Assembly (NCBI GenBank): GCA_036785375.1
Contig: JAWMAR010001454.1
Location: 62,001-126,000 of the forward strand
Length of the DNA stretch: 64,000 bases
Direction of reading: 5' to 3'
DNA from: Leucoraja ocellata
Taxonomy: Eukaryota
This document shows positions 59,203 to 64,000 of the stretch, piece after piece; position 1 is the stretch's first letter, and each line of letters begins with the position of its first letter. The notes beneath the pieces are model-generated. The model was not told the origin of the DNA and searched no databases. It saw only the letters and a program-made list of their open reading frames with translations. A program made the position numbers and the translations under genes.

Positions 59203-61468
59203 AACCACGTCTGTGGAATTCTCTGCCTCAGAGAACGGTGGAGGCAGGTTCTCTAGATGCTTTCAAGAGAGAGCAGGATAGGGCTCTTAAAAATAGAAGA
59301 GTCAGGGGATATGGGGAGAAGGCAGGAACAGGGTACTGATTGGGGATGATCAGCCATGATCACATTGAATGGCGGTGCTGGCTCGACGGACTGAATGGCC
59401 GATTCCTGCACCTATTGTTTATTGTTTTTGTACAAGATTCCAGAACACTGAATTGAAAGAATCTCAAATGAAATATGTTAGGAAATACCTAATGCCAATT
59501 AGGAAATACCAATTAAACTATAAATCTGGATATCTTTGGAGTATGGGAGGACCCCAGAACATATGTGGAAAACACACTTGGTCACAGGAAGAGTATTCAA
59601 ACTCTGTACGGATAACACATGGTGTCAGTTTCAAACCCAGGTATCTGGTGCTGTGAGGCAGCAACTCTACCACTGTGCTGCCCAATCTTTCCACAAACAC
59701 TGAAACCCAAGAGAGGGTTTGAAACAGCGGCCTTACCTTAACGTCATCTCCATAAAGACTAGATCCTGAGACAATAGACAATAGGTGCAGGAGTAGGCCA
59801 TTCGGCCCTTCGAGCCAGCACCGCCATTCACTGTGATCATGGCTAATCATCCACAACGGCAAACTTTGACCGCCCGAATCGAGGGGTATAAATCGACCCG
59901 GAGCGGGGCCTTACATCACCTGGCGCGGCTTAAACAGCCGCAGGACTTACCATTACCCACCGGGGCCTCTAACATCAAGAGCCTCGATCAGCTCGATGCA
60001 GCAGTTTGACTGCTTGACTGTGGGCAAGAGATAAGACTTTTGCCTTCCATCACAGTGAGGAGGTATTTGGAGATTCACTGTGATGGATGTTTGTGTGGAA
60101 TTGTGTTAATTGTGTGTTTTGTTTTTTTTGTTGTTATGACTGCAGGAAAGTAATTTTGTTTGAACCTATGTTTCAATGACAATAAACAACATTCTGATTC
60201 TCTGATGCTGATTCAGACTGATGTATTTGGGAGAAAGCTGGAAAGAGACGAGAGCAGGACAGAGCCTGGTGAGTGATTCTGGATACAGTTGGGGGCTGAT
60301 TAGCAGATTGTGGAGTACTGACAAAGGCTAGAGGTGAAGAGGAGACGAGTGTCAAACAAGGGGAAGAGAGGTGTCATGCAAAGCCAGGGGGAAGGATCGG
60401 GGAAAGAGGGGAATGTGGGACAGGGATGAGTATACAGAGGAGGGGAAGGGGTAGGGAGACCGTTGAGTGAGGTGCACACCAGGGTGGGGAGTGCAGGGAA
60501 AGAGGGGGTTTCCCTTAATCAATACGCTCATTCCCATCTCTGGAACTCTCTGCCACAGAGGGTAGTTGAGGCCAGTTCATTGGCTATATTTAAGAGGGAG
60601 TTAGATGTGGCCCTTGTGGCTAAGGGGATCAGGGGGTATGGAGAGAAGGCAGGTACGGGATACTGAGTTGGATGATCAGCCATGATCATATTGAATGGCG
60701 GTGCAGGCTCGAAGGGCCGAATGGCCTACTCCTGCACCTAATTTCTATGTTTCTATGTTTATGTTTCTATCTCCAAATCTCATTTCCTTTAATCCCCTCC
60801 CGTCCCCTTACACCTGAAAACCTCCTTCCATTCAAAGCCGACGCTAGGGTCGGGTGAACGGGCGTAGGGAAGGGTAGTGGGATAAATCTCCGCTTTTTTC
60901 ACTTTTTCGTTGTTTCAGAGGTTTTTCTTTTTTATCTCTCGTGTCTTTTACAAAATTCTTTATTTTCTTTTTCCTTTCCTTTCTTTTCATTTTTCTTTTT
61001 TCCGATTTAGTTTTTAGTTCATAAAATGTTAAAATTGAAGCTTACGAACATTGTATAATTGTTATGTCGATGACTTTCTCCTTGTACAATTGCTTCTAAT
61101 AAAATAAATATTAAAATAAAAAGCAGAGATTCCAGTCTTTGGAGATCCTTCGTGGAAATGAACACAATTTGGTCACACCTTCAGAAAAGAGCAGAGGGGA
61201 GAGGAGATGTATTCTGGCAACACTGACACAAACATACTAAACCAAATAGATTTAGACTTATTCCAAAAAAAACAGTATGGTGAATGGAATGCAGGATTAC
61301 TTAATTTGTATTGACACTTAAAACAAGTGTCATGAACACTAAACTACTTTCACTGCAACAGGAACCAACTAGGATTACTTTAGGGGATATAAAGAAGTCT
61401 ACAAAGAATGCTGGATGTACACAGTTGGTCAGGCACCATCTGCCGGACAGATGTTTCAGGTTGGGATC
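59203..61468. mobile_element. Copy-B-specific mosaic of old repeats (CR1 3' ends, minus-strand HE1 SINE, Penelope remnants, L1-like 3' UTR)
   Basis: CR1 tails at ~59209-59425 and ~60537-60770; V-SINE at ~59490-59680; A-rich end near 61100. Confidence 0.65.
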
Positions 61469-62789
61469 CTTCAGACTGAGAGAGTAGTGGAGAAATCTGG
61501 AAAGATGTGGGAGCAGGACAAAAGCTGGCAAGTGATGTGGATAGACACAAATGCTGGAGTAATTCAGTGAGACGGGCAGCATCATGGGAGAGAAGGAATG
61601 GGTGATGTTTCAGGTAGAGGCTGTCCTTCAGACAATAAATACAAGCAATTGGCACTTGGAGCAATGACAAAGGCGAGAGGTGAAGAGGAGACAAAAGGTT
61701 TAGATGAGGAGAGAGAGAGATGTGAAGCTGGAGGGCGGGATATGGGTCGAAGGGTAAAGAGGCAAAGATGAAGGTCAGGGATGGGAGATGAGTGTGGAAA
61801 GTGGGGAAGGTCCAGGATGAATGGGTGATGCGGGGAAAGGGAGAGTCCTCAGTACATTCATCCCTTTTCCCCATCCTATCCCATTGCACTCATATTCCTT
61901 CTACCAGGTTTACAGTTCACACCTTGCTTTCTCCTTCTGAGATGTTCATAAATCATAGCGGCGATGACAGAGGGTTCATGGCCCCGACCACGGATGAACA
62001 AAGGAGGAGGACTGACTGAACCTTGTTGCCTTTCGCCACAGTGAAGAATGCTGTGCTGGATGTTTTGTGTTAAATTCTATTGTGTATTGTGTGTTCTTTT
62101 TAAGTGTATCGCTGCTGGCAAATTCATTTCACTGCACCTTTGGGTGCATGTAACGAATACAATTGACTTTGACTTTTACACCTTTAGCCTTTGTTACTTA
62201 CTGATTCAATTATTTTTTGTCACATGTACCATGTGAAACAATGAAATGCTTTGTTTTCCATACGACCTAGTAAAATCACGTGGCTGACCTCACCTGGGCA
62301 GTACACGATGTTTTGGTGTTCCACCCATCTGGCAATTTCCTCCCCCCCCCCCCCCCCCCCACCTGCATCCAGCCATCACTTGCTAGACTATTGCCCCACC
62401 TCACATTTCCAGCTTTCTCCCTTTACTCCATCAAGCTGAAGGCTTCTGACCTGATACTTCATTGGTCCATTACTTCCAGATGTTGCCTGACCCACTGGTT
62501 TACTCCAGCAGACTTTTTTCTCCCTCAAGATTCCAGCACCGTGAATTCCAGTATTTTAAACCAACAATAATCAGGAAAATACTTTCTCCTCCAAACATTT
62601 ATTGGTCTGAAACCAGAGGTGGTTCTAAACAGGTCCTTACCTGCATCCCATCTCCATACAGTTCAGGTCCTGACAGATTGACAAAGTCAGACAATTCAAA
62701 TTAATACACCACTAATGATTCAAAATCTCCCACCATCTTCATCCCACCCTTAATCTCACAGCAATACTTTTAACGACAAGGATTCGAAG

Positions 62790-64000
62790 GGCCTGAGCTC
62801 AGGGCAAGGTTGGGCAGGCAAAGAGGAGGCAGAAACTGGGCAAGAGAGAGGGTGTCCATGCTAGGCTGAGAGATAATGCTAGCTGGCCGGCCAGCTCTCC
62901 CATCTATCCTACTCTCCAACGTCCGCTTCCTGGAAAACAAACTGGACAACATCCAACTACAGAGGAGTACACAGCGAGAGACTAGGGACTGCTGTGTCTG
63001 TGTTTTACTGAGACATGGCTCAACGATCGAGTCCCGGACGTGGCCATTCAGCTAGCCGGGCTAGTCTCGCACCGAGCCGACAGAGAACCATCACAGGTAC
63101 ACAAAAATGCTGGAGAAACTCAGCGGGTGCAGCAGCATCTATGGAGCGAAGGAAATAGGCGAAGTTTCAGGCTGAAACCCTTCTTCAGACTGATGGGGGG
63201 TGGGGGAGAGAAGGAAGGAAAAAGGGAGGAGGAGCCCGAGGGCGGGGGGATGGGAGGAGACAGCTCGAAGGTTAAGGAAGGGGAGGAGACTGCATGGGCT
63301 AGCAAAACTGGGAGAATTCAACGTTCATGCCATCCGGACGCAAGCAACCCAGGCGGAATATGAGGTGCTGTTCCTCCAATTTCCGGTGTTGCTCACTCTG
63401 GCAATGGAGGAGACCCAGGACAGAGAGGTCGGATTGAGAATGGGAGGGGGAGTTGAAGTGCTGAGCCACCGGGAGGTCAGGTAGGTTCTTGTGGACTGAG
63501 CGGAGGTGTTCGGCGAAATGATCGCCCAACCTACGCTTAGTCTCCCCGATGTAAATCAGCTGACACCTAGAGCAGCGGATGCAGTAGATGAGGTTGGAGG
63601 AGATACAGGTGAACCTTTGTCGCACCTGGAACAACTGCTTGGGTCCTTGAATGGAGTCGAGGGGGGGAGGTGAAGGGACAGGTGTTGCATTTCTTGCGGT
63701 TGCAACGGAAAGTGCCCGGGGAGGGGGTGGTACGTGAGGGAAGGGAAGAATTGACAAGGGAGTTGCGCGGTAAGACTCGAGGTGGTGGCCTGTGTGTTTA
63801 CATCAACACTGACTGGTGCAACAACTCTGTCTTAGTCTCCAAGTTCTGTTCATTGCTGGTGGAGAATGCGATTGTGAGATGTAGACCTTTTTATTTGCCA
63901 CGGGAGTTTACCACAGTGCTCATTGTTGCTGTTCACATCTCCCCCAGTGCCAATGCTAAGGAAACACTAGCTGTACTGTACTGTATGGAGCTTTATGCAA
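62790..64000 (+). mobile_element. Rex1/Babar endonuclease fragment, paralogue of 23470-24680
   Basis: Same sequence and same nested Penelope insertion as in copy A. Confidence 0.82.
63095..63767 (-). mobile_element. Penelope GIY-YIG fragment, paralogue of 23775-24449
   Basis: LIYCIRCSRCQLIYIGETKRRLGDHFAEH. Confidence 0.9.

Larger units (their letters stand above)
49565..64000. repeat. Segmental duplication copy B
   Basis: TGGCGGATAAGGCATGTGTCAC at 49565 equals position 1. Colinear with copy A apart from insertions and a non-matching block at 59203-61468. Confidence 0.93.

Overview
Repeat-dense eukaryotic DNA from a cartilaginous fish, probably a skate or ray, judged from HE1/V-SINEs, elasmobranch-type CR1 and Penelope elements and shark-type IgM exons. 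The only host gene I recognise is the 3' half of an immunoglobulin mu heavy-chain gene on the minus strand. It has Cmu2 (47537-47854), Cmu3 (45196-45495), Cmu4 with secretory tail (43011-43402), TM1 (40275-40402) and TM2 (40132-40140), all with open frames and phase-consistent GT-AG sites. I found no Cmu1, J, D or V in the window. The exons lie between two direct copies of a large duplicated block offset by about 49.6 kb (copy A ~1-24680, copy B ~49565-64000). Comparing the copies gives exact empty and filled sites for four insertions: a Gypsy LTR element, a CR1 and an intact L1 in A, and an intron-containing DD35E IS630/Tc1 transposon in B. The window also holds DIRS1-like, Rex1/Babar, Penelope and hAT elements, a duplicated 28S rRNA fragment, several mini- and microsatellites and three N gaps. 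Coordinates were read by eye. Exon, LTR, TIR and TSD ends are exact to my count; ends of degenerate repeats are approximate.
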